Assembly (NCBI GenBank): GCA_964016885.1 | Contig: OZ024741.1 | Location: 355,818,001 to 355,882,000, forward strand | Origin: Eledone cirrhosa | Lineage: Eukaryota | DNA length: 64,000 nt | Direction: 5' to 3' | Shown: positions 11,946 to 24,293 of the stretch, piece after piece | Numbering within the stretch: the first letter of the stretch is position 1 | Layout: every line of letters starts with the position of its first letter | Translations under genes and position numbers: made by a program | Notes under the pieces: model-generated | Seen by the model: the letters and a program-made list of their open reading frames with translations, nothing else | What the model was told of the DNA's origin: nothing | Databases searched by the model: none

Positions 11946-14290
11946 ATCTGGGCCAGGTGATTTCCAGTTGGTTAGTTTTAGGCCTGCCCCTTAAGAGTTT
12001 CAACTGTGATACTCAAATCAGTTTGTTGATGTGCCTGTTCACTGATCTCCTTCTGTACTGTCTCAATCCACACTGCCTGGTCATTATATTTAACATCCTG
12101 CTCCCATATTCCTCTCCAGAATGTTTTAGTTTGTTCCGCCTCAGGGATCAAGTCGTTGCCTCTTCAAGCTGTCCAAACAGCATCTACTGGTTGTTGTCGA
12201 ACATGCGGTTCTGTTTATACTGACTGACTCTGTTCTCGTATCGCCTGATTTTTGCACTCTTTGCTACAATGCGTTGCTTCAATTCCTCTATGATAATATT
12301 TAGCTTTTTACTCCTAGTTTTGTATTTTATTTCCAGTCTATTTTTAGTGCCTATGTTTTTTAGTGTCCCATTCAGTAGTGACTCAAGCTTTCCTATGTCA
12401 TTTCTCATTTCCCCGATTTGCCCACTCAGTCGCTTCTTCCACCACGGCTCTGCTCTTTCTTGTCTGTTGTTTCCTCTCGCTTTTATACCAAGTAGTTTCC
12501 TCACCGTATTTGCTGTTGCTCTGAGGATATTGTTGCACTGGTGAAGGCTCCTCGCCTCAAGGTATGGGATGACTTTGTTTACCTTAGCTGTTGTTTCTTT
12601 TAACTTTTTCCTGTCTACAAATCTTAGGTTCATAGGTCTCCCACTATCATTGTTCAATTCATCTACCACTAAATTTAGGATGTCAACCGAATCTTGTCCT
12701 AGCCCGTCAGCATTCATCTCCTCAGTGGCCGTATCTCTGTTCCAGGTATTATTTATCTCAGTATTCAGATCATTGTCTGCTTCGGGTGGTTCCTCCGTTC
12801 TCAGGACCTCCTCACCTTCATTTCCCACCGGCTCGCTTGTCTGGCATACTACACCCGCCATCTCCAAGCCATTCTCTCTGCTCAGTTCCTCCAGTTCCAG
12901 CTCGCTTATCCACCCACTAGTTCTTATTACCCGAGCCTGCCCGGCCAATTTTTGTTCATCTAATTTAAATAAACCAATCTCGTTCCAGATGTTATGCATC
13001 CGTCTCCTGTAGCCCCTCTCCTTGGGGTTACTTTTCAGGTAGCATTGCATAACAGTTCTATTCAATTCTTTCGTCCAGTTGGTTCTGGCCCCTTTCCTTC
13101 TTCTCCTTCCTCCAACATCAGCAGTATTTGGTTGACAGTCAGGTTCCTGCTGCTGAGCCAGGGGGCACCTGTTGGGTGAGAGTCTGTCACATGACGTTCT
13201 AGTCTCCATTTCACCGTTATTCGAACTGTTTATGTTCGATATTTAAACACTCTTATCGAGGATTGGCGAATGTATGTTTACATAGCCATCTGTGGATCCG
13301 CCATCCCACTTGGCCCTTGTGTGGCATTATCACCACGCTGTATACGAACACACATAAACAAACAAACACACAGGCAGAAAGGGCCCCAAAAATGAATAAG
13401 CATAAGTTTCATTGTAATGTAGTGTTCGAATGTCTGACTTAGTTTTAGTTTTTTAAGTTTTACTTTTTCCCCCCTCTTCTCTGTCCGTCCGCCTGCTTCT
13501 CTCTTCATTCTTATTTTCTTTACGTTTTTGGGGTTTCTGTTTTTGTTTTTGTTTTTCTCTGTTTGTTTTTCTCGTTTTTTGCTGTTGTTGCTGTGCTGCT
13601 TTGGTTTTGTTGTTTGTTTTTTCTTTTTTCTTTTGCGTCTATCTATATATTTTGATGCCTTCCTCTTTGTTAGTAGTAGGAATTCTATAATGTGGAAGTA
13701 GCAGCCAGCAGGGAGAAGTGGGAGACTGGCGGCGGTAGCGATACTGAGACAGTGGTGGTGGTGATGTCGATACCGAGGCAGTGGTGGCGGTGATGTGACC
13801 GTATTACTGTAGTGATGGTGCTGTAGCGGTGGCAGTAGTGAAGGAGTCAAGGGGTGGTGGCGGCGGTGATGGGATAGTGGTGGTAATGATGGCCGTAGTG
13901 AGCGGTGGCGGTGAAGGTGAAAATGTCGTTATCTGGCTGTTGTGTTTAGTGTACACAGATGATGGGGTGGGTGGTGTATCTAGTTTCTGGTGTTGGTGAG
14001 TTTAGCTGTCCTATATAGTGTAGCCAGAGGAGAGGAGGGGGGGGGGGGGCGTTCTTCTTCCATTTATAGCCATTTTCTTTTTTGGATATACAGTGTACAA
14101 TACAAAGTTGAATATTTGAATATCTGAGCCTTATAACAATATATTTTGGGTCCGAATTTTTTGGGGCTCAAGCCGGGTGCTTTACGTAGCATTTGTACTA
14201 AGAGTTGTTATTTCACAAATGATTTAAATATGTTAAAAATTCAAAACTTACGGGAGCGATTTCATGACCTCCGTCACCTCGTGCGTCTTC

Positions 14291-14291
<1 letters not shown>
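11946..14291 (-). mobile_element. R4/Dong-type family 1, 5' half (5'UTR plus N-terminal ORF), copy (c)
   Basis: ORF 12184-13209 is nearly identical to the first 341 aa of 19851-23243. The 5'UTR is colinear with 23244-24297. The 5' end abuts (TAA)n. Confidence 0.9.

Positions 14292-14335
<44 letters not shown>
14292..14335. repeat. (TTA)n tract at the head-to-head Dong/Tx1 junction
   Basis: Pure TTA run. Confidence 0.95.
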
Positions 14336-14549
14336 GAATGCTATGGTTGACGGAGGCTCGGCTCTGTAAGGTATTGTAAATTTTGATCGCTATAACAATT
14401 GTAAATTGTTTAAAACTTTAACCAACTTGTAGACAAAAACACCCTCCTCCTCGTGAGAGGGGTCTTTCTGCCCGTTATTTGGCCCTTTGGGGTTAAATAA
14501 CCGCTTATTGGGGTTTTGTGCCCAATATTTATTTAAAAAAAAAAACAAC

Positions 14550-16247
14550 ATGGCTACGAAAAAGAATTTTCATAGTTCACTCCCACTCATACCGTCTTCT
14601 TCCTCAATCGTCACTACAGCAGAGAGAAGATTGTCTCTCTCCCTCCCTTCTTTAAATGTGTCTCTCTCCCTCCCTTCTCTTTCGCAAGCGACGACAGAAA
14701 AGAAAAATCTCGTGCAAAGCGTGCAAGATTTCTTCACGACGACGACGACAACGACGAAACAGGTGTGCGGGAAATACGAAAACCCATTTCATTCGTCTGA
14801 CGTCAGGAATAATAGCAGTAGCAGCCGTAATAACAACAGCAACAGTGACAAGGAAAACAACAGTAGCAGCCGCAACAGCATCAGCAGCAGCATAAACAAC
14901 AACAGCATTAGCAGCGGCGGCAGTAGTCGTAGTACCTGCAGCAACAACAAAAGTAACAGCAGCTCTGACGACAACAACAACAGCAGCAAAGAAAAACCAA
15001 TCTCGTTTGCAGGTATCGCAAAGAACATGGAAACCATCCTCATAACAAATGAGGAATTAGAGGAAGCGAAGAAGATGGTGACAAAAACTGGACACCGAGC
15101 AATCTGCAAGGCAGCCGAAACATTTTTCGAAACCCAACAACACTGTACGGTCACGTACCGTACAGTAAGTACAAAATCCCGTAAGGTCGAAAGAGCCACA
15201 GAGGCTCAAATACAAAAAGCTTTGGGGTCTGTGTGGCAGCGGAAAACGCACATCACCCGAGGCAAGAAATATGCCACCGTAGACGTACTTTTTGCCACAC
15301 CCCAGGAGGCAAAGGCTCAATCCTTAGTGACCCTAAGGAGCGAGGAAATGGTGTTGGTGCCCTCCTATTGTGGGCAAAAAATTGTGAGGGTCAAACTGAA
15401 CCACGCCCCCCCCCCCGGGATGGCCCCTTCTTGGCTGGCCGCGTCTGTCCTAGTCGGAATCGAGGACAAAACAACTGTACTGCAAGTACAGAAAAAAGTA
15501 AGAGAAGATTGGGTCGGCACCTCCATTGAGATGTTAATCCAAACCAACCAGGAGTGCATCGAAGCTATCCCGGATGTGATAGACTTCGAACACGGCACTC
15601 AACTGCCCATAAGTGTTGAGGGCAAACGCCCGAAATGCTTTCGCTGTGGATCGAAGACTCACCTCAGAGCCTTCTGCAACGAGAAGACCCTGAGAAAGGA
15701 GAAAATCCCCCTCCTTCCGAAACCGGCTCCACGGCTACCAGCAACAGGACAAGCGGCAACCAGGAACGATAGGTCCGTGGAACCCATACCCACGCCACGG
15801 AAATCAAAAACAGCAGCAGCAGTGGAAGTATTAAAAACAACAACTGCAATACCAAATGCAGCTGCAACAGGGACTCCAGTACAAACATCACCAACAACAA
15901 CAAGTGAAAGAGTGGAGCTGGTACCCCTCCCCGACCTCACAGAATCACACATGGAGTGTGAGGTGGGAGAGGGATGGCAAAAGGTCGTAAGAAGGCACAA
16001 ACGCAGAAGCAGCGCATCGTCGCCTTCGAAAAGGGAGGAAAGAAATGAAAAAAGGGTAAAGGCTACTGCAAAGAGACTCACAGCAGCAAAACCACCAACA
16101 CCATCACCACCCACACTAGCACCACCATCACCACCGGTGACAACCCCACCGCCAACAACAACAACACCTTCAACACCACCACCACAAGCACCAACATCGC
16201 AAACACAACAACAAAACACTCACCCAGCAACAACGACAAGAAAATAG
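14550..16247 (+). CDS. Tx1 ORF1 (gag-like, CCHC zinc knuckle, low-complexity termini)
   Basis: Contains CFRCGSKTHLRAFC, with ATG in CAACATGG context. The stop is probably premature because homology to the A1 ORF1 tail continues to about 16530. Confidence 0.78.
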   Translation: MATKKNFHSSLPLIPSSSSIVTTAERRLSLSLPSLNVSLSLPSLSQATTEKKNLVQSVQDFFTTTTTTTKQVCGKYENPFHSSDVRNNSSSSRNNNSNSDKENNSSSRNSISSSINNNSISSGGSSRSTCSNNKSNSSSDDNNNSSKEKPISFAGIAKNMETILITNEELEEAKKMVTKTGHRAICKAAETFFETQQHCTVTYRTVSTKSRKVERATEAQIQKALGSVWQRKTHITRGKKYATVDVLFATPQEAKAQSLVTLRSEEMVLVPSYCGQKIVRVKLNHAPPPGMAPSWLAASVLVGIEDKTTVLQVQKKVREDWVGTSIEMLIQTNQECIEAIPDVIDFEHGTQLPISVEGKRPKCFRCGSKTHLRAFCNEKTLRKEKIPLLPKPAPRLPATGQAATRNDRSVEPIPTPRKSKTAAAVEVLKTTTAIPNAAATGTPVQTSPTTTSERVELVPLPDLTESHMECEVGEGWQKVVRRHKRRSSASSPSKREERNEKRVKATAKRLTAAKPPTPSPPTLAPPSPPVTTPPPTTTTPSTPPPQAPTSQTQQQNTHPATTTRK

Positions 16248-16545
16248 CAGAACCACACCCACCGCCAGAAAGACAAATGCACGGCAATAAATACACACAA
16301 CAAGAAACTAATGACTTACATAATTGAACAAACAGACATTTCACAACACGACTACATAATACCAGCACCAATCAAAACGCCAACTAACATAAGACTGCTA
16401 AAAATAGCACAGAAACAATACACAAACATTAAAACGAAATTCCCCAACGCAGTTGGTGATTTCAGAGACCTAGGAGGGACTCTCAATCGAAGAGTATATT
16501 CGGACATACTCATAGAAGAGCCGACGACCAGCCGTGGGATTAGCG

Positions 16546-19497
16546 TGTGGGATTAGCGGATAGGGGTGGAGGGTGAAAGAGCCTCACCAACCTGCTCAGG
16601 CGTTTTGAACTGTCTGACAGGTACCGATTGGATTTCCCGAATGTGCCAATGTGGGCTTGGACAAATCGCATAGGGTCATCCAGATCATATCTAGATAGAG
16701 TATTTTGTAGGGAAATAGATAGGTCTAGCATAGGCTGTCCACAATTCAAGATAGTCAGCTACACGGACCACAAATTCGTGATCTGTGTGCTTGACTTAGA
16801 TAGGCTTCATAGACGAGGACCCGGCTACTGGAAACTAAACGCGTCCTTACCAGCGCGCAAGGCCTACAGAGACCGGATTAGCGAACTAGTTAAGCGGGCG
16901 TTGGCGGGAGCGATCGTCAACAACAAGTGGTGGATTGCTCTGAAAAGAGCGATTAGAATAGAATCGATTAGGTTTAGTAAGGCTTTAGCAATAGAGAAAA
17001 ATAGAGCAGAGGGAGAACTAGTTAGAAAATTAGACGAGGCGCTTAGCAAAGGCATTGCGACCGACGTGCTTGCGGCGAAATTGGCCCTTGACCAATTCTT
17101 CAATGCAAAGCACGAAGGCTGCGTTGTCAGAGCTAGGGTGCGTGCTCTCAGACACGAGGGGACGAAAGCCGTTCAATGGGCCCGAGTGGCGGAGGCGCGT
17201 CGTGGCAACAAAGCCACGATCCGGTCTTTGGTGGACCACGACGGGCGCATGCTACTCGATCCCGGGCAAATGTGTGAAGCTTTCCAGCGACACTTCGCCC
17301 AGCTGTTCGGGGGCAGCGTCAGGCCGAATCGAGGGATGGACTTTAGTGTCTACCTCGACGGACTGCCACGGCTCTCGGCCACTGAGGCGGAGTGTTGCGA
17401 AAAGCCGATAACAGCCGCTGAAGTACGGGAGGCAATGACTGGCTGCACAAGGGGTAAATCGCCTGGTTTGGATGGTCTGCCCTATGAACTTTACGTACAA
17501 ATGCCAGACTTGTTCGGAGGCCTCTTGGCGGACGTCTACTGCAACTGGCAACAGCACGGGAGAATTCCCAGCTCTGTGAGCCGAGGAGCGGTGGCGCTGC
17601 TGAGAAAGGATCTGAACAAAGGGGATAACAGAGATAATTTTAGGCCCATAACTCTGCTAAACACAGAGTTCAAGATTTTGGCCAAGGTGCTAGCAAAGAG
17701 GTTGGCGCTTGTCGTTGGTGGTCTGGTGGGAGAGGCACATTCCCGACAGATCCATCCACGACAACCTCCACCTCATGCGATACATCGTAGAGAGAGTAGC
17801 TAGGGAACCTGGCACGGGTGGGTCTTTGATCAATTTAGATCAGTCGAAAGCCTTCGATAGGGTCGACCATCGTTACCTAGCGGCAGTCCTGAGGGCGGCT
17901 GGCTTTGGGCCCGTCTTCAGAGGCTAGGTCACTGCCATGCACAGCGACATCTGTTCTGTAGTGAGAGTGAACGGTCACCTTTCCTAACCGTTCAACATCA
18001 TGCGTTCGGTCCGCCAAGGATGTCCCCTCTCGTCCCTATTGTACGTATTGACTCTCGAGCCATTACTGCACAAACTGGAGACGTTGAGGGGGATCCCGCG
18101 CGAACTAGGATGCGGAAGATCCGTGTCAGCATATGCCGACGATGTCACCGTAGTGGTGTCGAACGCCAAACACATCGAGGCGATCGGCACTACACTAAGA
18201 GAATACGAAGCGGTGACAGGAGCAATGATCAACCAGGAAAAGTCAGTGGGCCTGCAGCTCGGCACCTGGAGAGGCAGGTCCATGTCGTCCAACAGCGTCG
18301 TCGGGCGCTGAACGGACGGACCGGTTAAATTGCTAGGGGTCTGGTTCGGTCCAGACCTCCAGACGGACAAAAACTGGGACGAGGTGACGAGCAGGGTGGC
18401 TTCTCTCACCCAGAAATGGGCCGAGAGGAAGCTATCCCTGAAAGGTCGAGCGGAGGTGGCTAACGCGTACATCGCGTCCGTCATCTACTACCGCCTGACC
18501 GTCGTACCTTGTCCTAAGCCCCGCCTGACTGCGCTGGAGCGTTTGCTCTTTCGCTTCTTCTGGAAGGGACGCTCTCCGATGGTCAGGCGGTCCATCTGCT
18601 GTCAACACCCGCTACGTGGTGGGTTGGGCATGCCGTGGCTGATGATGCGCAGACAGGCGCTCAGGCTACGACATCTCCACCTCTTCCTCGACGGTGATCA
18701 GGTGTGGTCGCCGTTTGCTAGACACGTTTTTCCCCAGCTCGTCTCCTTGACGCAGCTGCAGTCCTGGATCAAGCGAAGACCGAGAGGGAGCGCTTGGAGA
18801 CTGGAATGTCTTCAGGCGCTCACAGCCTTCGACCAATCGGGCAATGTGATCGGTGGAAACTCCACCTTGGCGTTCTAAAGGGGATTAGTGGAGGGGAAGA
18901 GCGACGACGTACTTGGAGAAACTCTAGGCGTCGACGAAAATCAACTAGCCAATCTCTTCGGAAGGACTTTCGGGCCGGGGCCTATGGACATCTTCCAGAA
19001 ATCCCTGGCCTGGCAGTGCTACCGGGGAGCCTTGCCAGTTCGGGATAAACTCTACAGGCATGGAGGTGCCGTCAGCCGGGCATGTCCGAGATGCGCAGGG
19101 CGACGAAACCGCCCTGCACGCACTCGTCCAGTGTCCGAGAATTGTTGACTTGTGGGTTTATGTCGAACACCTGCTGTCGCGTGTAGCACGGATCCGGCTA
19201 TCAGCTGAGTCCATCGTGATGATTTCCCCGCCCTCTTCCTTTAGCCGGGAAAGGCAGGCAGTTTTTATCTGTCTGGTGGCCATGGCGAAAGAGATAGTAT
19301 GGTGGACACGTTTGAAAGGGCTGAAGACGAGCACTTACCTCTTCGGTGATACCCTGATTAACTTTTTCAAATTTCATTTGAAAAGGAAAATCAGGGTAGA
19401 AAGGGAAGTGCTCTCTTCCCAGCATTTTGTTGAAAGATGGGTGAGAGAAGCAAGTATGGCCCGAATGAATGGGCTTTCTCTGAATATGTGTCTGTAA
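16546..19497 (+). pseudogene. Tx1 ORF2 lacking the N-terminal part of the APE domain, with stops and frameshifts
   Basis: ORFs 16628-17803, 17709-17927, 18000-18311, 18330-18878, 18888-19148 and 19060-19497 are homologous to A1 ORF2. Confidence 0.9.
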
Positions 19498-19740
19498 ATT
19501 AAAGGTGGAAAGCTGGGAGAGGGCACTTGCCCTGGTGGTCAGGGTCACTGTGGCCTTTTACTGGGCTTTCTCCACAAATGTCCCTCGGAAGTCTCCCCCC
19601 TATTGGGGAATTTTTCTTTGTTATTTTATTACATCCTCTGTTTTTTTACATGCAGAAATGCCCATTTGTACCGTCCTGTATTGTCCTGTACTGTCCTTAA
19701 TGTCTACTTTATGTAAACCCTTGTGGTTAATAAAGAAAAC

Positions 19741-19775
19741 ATTATTATTATTATTATTATTATTGTTATTGTTAT
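19741..19775. repeat. (TTA)n tract at the tail-to-tail Tx1/Dong junction
   Basis: attattatta...gttattgttatt. Confidence 0.9.
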
Positions 19776-22700
19776 TCCTTGAATCTCAGTCATTGATGTT
19801 GGTTAACTGGAAAGTCCGTTGGATTGAATATCAAGCCACTACCTGCAGCCTCAGATATTCAGGACGTATCGGAGGGTTCTTGCTGTTCCAAGCAAGCATG
19901 CCTTTTGAAGCGTTCCAAAAAGCGTGAAGGGGCCGATTTTCTTTAACCATCCCTGGAAACCTTTGGAGATAGTCCCCAGTGCGCCTATGACAATCGGGAT
20001 CACTTTGACTTCATGGCAGTTCCAAATCCTTTTCACCTCCCACTTTAGGTCCTGGTATCGGTTAATTTTCTCCCTCTCCTTCTCTTGCACTCTCGTGTCG
20101 AACGGGCAGGCCACATCCACAATCAGGCACGATCTTTTTTCTTTGTCCATAACCACCAGGTCAGGTCTATTGTGTTCCAGTTTTTTGTCCGTCTGTATCC
20201 TAAAATCCCACAGCACCTTCACCTGACTGTTCTCCATCACCGCCTCTGGCCTATGCTCATACCATTTCTCAGAATGTGGTAGATTGTTTACTTTGCACAG
20301 GTGCCAGTGGATCACCCTGCCCATCACATCGTGTCTCCAGCCCTTATAGTGGGTCTGGGCTAGGTGTTTACACTCGGACACAATGTGAGCCACAGTCTCC
20401 TCTCTCTCTCCACAGATCCTGCACAGTGGGCTAGCCTCCTCCTTGTAGATATGGTGCTTCAACCACTTCGTTTTGAGGGCCTGCTCCTGCGCAGCCATTA
20501 GCATTCCTTCTGTAGCCTTTTTGAGGTCTCCTCTTCTCAACCAGTTCCATGTCTGTGGATCTCTAAATTCAGTTTTCTCAAAGAAGGTACTATGAAGGGA
20601 TTTTCCCTTAAGGCTGCTCTTCCTCCTTGATGTTATTTCCTCCTTGGACATCCCCTGGCCTACTGTCCCCTCCTTCAGTACAGTTCTGAGCATTGGCTCC
20701 TTACTATAGGTCACGTATTTGTATAGGTTGTTTTTCTCCATCTGAACACAGTCCTCTATGCTGATAAGACCTCTTCCACCCTCAGATCTCCTTAGGTAGA
20801 GTCTATCGACATCACTCCTCTTGTGGAACATGTTGTAGATAGTCAATAGCTTCCTAGTCTTCCTATCCATTTCTTTTTGTTCAGCAACATTCCATCTCAG
20901 AATTCCCGCACTGTACCTAATAATAGACACAGCTCGGGAATTTACTGCGCTTATGGCATTTCTGCTGTTCAGATGTGACTTCAATACGCTCCTTACTCTC
21001 CGAATGTATTCAGTTCTTAACAATTCCTTCATTTTTTTGTTCTTTATGCCATCAGCCTCCAGAACGCCCAAATACTTGTATCCTTCCTCAGAGTCAATTT
21101 CCTTTATCATCTCACCTGTTGGTATCTGGATCCCGTTACTTCTGCTCAACCTACCCCTCTTCATCACAATGACTCCACATTTACCAATACCAAACTGCAT
21201 ACATATATCACTGCTGAAAATACGGACAGTGTCAACAAGCACATCCAACTCCTTCTCACTTTTCCCGAAGAGCTTAAGATCGTCCATGAAGAGAAGGTGA
21301 TTGATGGTAAGCTCTCCCCTTTCCAACCTGTATCCTGCTCTCACTTTTCGCAGCATAATGGTCAAGGGCATCAGGGCAAGGACAAACAACAGAGGGGACA
21401 GGCTATCTCCCTGGAAGATACCTCTCTTGATCTTCACGCTTCCCAAGGATACTCCAGTTGATGTCAACTCTGTCTCCCAGGACCCCATACTCCTGCCCAG
21501 CAACTGTCTGATGTTATCTGCCACCCTGAAGACCTCCAGGCTTTTGGTGATCCAGGAATGAGGCACCATGTCAAATGCCTTTCTGTAGTCTATCCATCCC
21601 ATGGCAAGATCAGTGTGTCTCCTCCTGCAATTCCCCATTACCATCTTATCAATAAGCAACTGGTCCTTTGTACCACGTGACTTCTTTCGGCATCCTTTCT
21701 GTTCGTCCGGTAACAAGTTGTTTGTGTGGAGGTGATGGTAGATTTCCTCAGACACAATGCTCGTCAACAGTTTCCACATTACGGGCAGACATGTGATAGG
21801 TCTATAGTTGGTAACATCATTACCCTTGATTCGGTCTTTCATTATCAGAACTGTGGTACCTTTTGTCAACCACTCTGGCACCTCACCCGACACCAAGCAG
21901 TCATTGAACATGGCCGTCAGCTTCGGGTGGAGGGATGTTAAATGTTTAATCCAATACCCCTGCACACCATCTGGGCCTGGTGATTTCCAGTTGGTTAGTT
22001 TTTTGGCTTGCCCCTTAAGAGTTTCAACTGTGATACTCAAATCAGTCTGTTGTTGTGCCTTCTCACCGATCTCCCTCTGTACTGTCTCAATCCACCCTGC
22101 CTGGGCATTGTGTCTAACATCCTGCTCCCATATTCCTCTCCAGAATGTTTTAGCTTGTTCCGCCCCAGGGATCAAGTCGTTGCCTCTTTCTTTCCCCTCA
22201 AGCTGTCCAAACAGCATCTTCTGGTTGTTGTCGAACATGCGGTTCTGTTTATACTGACTGACTCTGTTCTCGTATCGCCTGATTTTGGCACTCTTTGCTA
22301 CAATGCGTTGCTTCAATTCCTCTATTATAATATTTAGCTTTTTACTCCTAGTTTTATATTTTATTTCCAGTCTATTTTTAGTGCCTATGTTTTTTAGTGT
22401 CCCATTCAGTAGTGACTCAAGCTTTCCTATGTCATTTCTCATTTCCCCGATTTGCCCACTCAGTCGCTTCTTCCACCACGGCTCTGCTCTTTCTTGTCTG
22501 TTGTTTCCTCTCGCTTTTATACCAAGTAGTTTCCTCACCGTATTTGCTGTTGCTTTGAGGATATTGTTGCACTGGTGAAGACTCCTCGCCTCAAGGTATG
22601 GGATGACTTTGTTTACCTTAGCTGTTGTTTCTTTTAACTTTTTCCTGTCTACAAATCTTAGGTTCATAGGTCTCCCACTATCATTGTTCAATTCATCTAC

Positions 22701-24293
22701 CACTAGATTTAGGAGATCAACCGAATCTTGTCCTAGCCCGTCAGCATTCATCTCCTCAGTGGCCGTATCTCTGTTCCAGGTATTATTTATCTCAGTATTC
22801 AGATCATTGTCTGCTTCGGGTGGTTCCTCCGTTCTCAGGACCTCCTCACCTTCATTTCCTACCGGCTCGCTTGTCTGGCATACTACACCCGCCATCTCCA
22901 AGCCATTCTCTCTGCTCAGTTCCTCCAGTTCCAGCTCGCTTATCCACCCATTAGTTCTTATTACCCGAGCCTGCCCGGCCAATTTTTGTTCATCTAATTT
23001 AAATAAACCAATCTCGTTCCAGATGTTATGCATCCGTCTCCTGTAGCCCCTCTCCTTGGGGTTACTTTTCAGGTAGCATTGCATAACAGTTCTATTCAAT
23101 TCTTTCGTCCAGTTGGTTCTGGCCCCTTTCCTTCTTCTTCTTCCTCCAACATCAGCAGTATTTGGTTGACAGTCAGGTTCCTGCTGCTGAGCCAGGGGGC
23201 ACCTGTTGGGTGAGAGTCTGTCACATGACGTTCTAGTCTCCATTTCACCGTTATTCGAACTGTTTATGTTCGATATTTAAACACTCTTATCGAGGATTGG
23301 CGAATGTATGTTTACATAGCCATCTGTGGATCCGCCATCCCACTTGGCCCTTGTGTGGCATTATCACCACGCTGTATACGAACACACATAAACAAACAAA
23401 CACACGGGCAGAAAGGGCCCCAAAAATGAATAAGCATAAGTTTCATTGTAATGTAGTATTCGAATGTCTGACTTAGTTTTTGTTTTTTAAGTTTTACTTT
23501 TTCCCTCCTCTTCTCTGTCCGTCCGCCTGCTTCTCTCTTCATTCTTATTTTCTTTACGTTTTTGGGGTTTCTTTTTTTGTTTTTGTTTTTCTCTGTTTGT
23601 TTTTCTCGTTTTTTGCTGTTGTTGCTGTGCTGCTTTGGTTTTGTTGTTTGTTTTTTCTTTTTTCTTTTGAGTCTATCTATATATTTTGATGCCTTCCTCT
23701 TTGTTAGTAGTAGGGATTCTATAATGTGGAAGTAGTAGCAGCCAGCAGGGAGAAGTGGGAGGCTGGCGGCGCTGGCGATACTGAGACAGTGGTGGTGGTG
23801 ATGTCGATACCGAGGCAGTGGTGGCGGTGATGCGACCGTATTACTGTAGTGATGGTGCTGTAGCGGTGGCAGCAGCAGTGAAGGAGTCAAGGGGTGGTGG
23901 CGGCGGTGATGGGATAGTGGTGGTAATGATGGCCGTAGTGAGCGGTGGCGGTGAAGGTGAAAATGCTGTTGTGTTTAGTGTACACAGATGATGGGGTGGG
24001 TGGTGTATCTAGTTTCTGGTGTTGGTGAGTTTAGCTGTCCTATATAGTGTAGCCAGAGGAGAGGAGGGGGGGGGGGTTCTTCTTCTTCCATTTATAGCCA
24101 TTTTTTTTTTTTTTTGGATATACAGTGTACAATACAAAGTTGAATATTTGAATATTTGAGCCTTATAACAATATATTTTGGGTCCGAATTTTTTGGGGCT
24201 CAAGCCGGGTGCTTTACGTAGCATTTGTACTAAGAGTTGTTATTTCACAAATGATTTAAATATGTTAAAAATTCAAAACTTACGGGAGCGATT

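Larger units (their letters stand above)
14336..19740 (+). mobile_element. Tx1/L1-clade LINE (copy A2), near full length with an internal deletion
   Basis: 5'UTR, ORF1 with CCHC knuckle, ORF2 fragments (YLDRVF, YTDH, KSPGLDG, YADD, CPRC), and a 3'UTR ending AATAAAGAAAAC. (TTA)n on both sides. Confidence 0.93.

Noticed and set aside
23312-23890. 190/192-aa upstream ORF in the Dong 5'UTR (also at 13278-13850)
   Set aside because: Non-ATG start and low complexity. The two copies are too similar for ORF retention to be informative, and the indels are triplet slippage.
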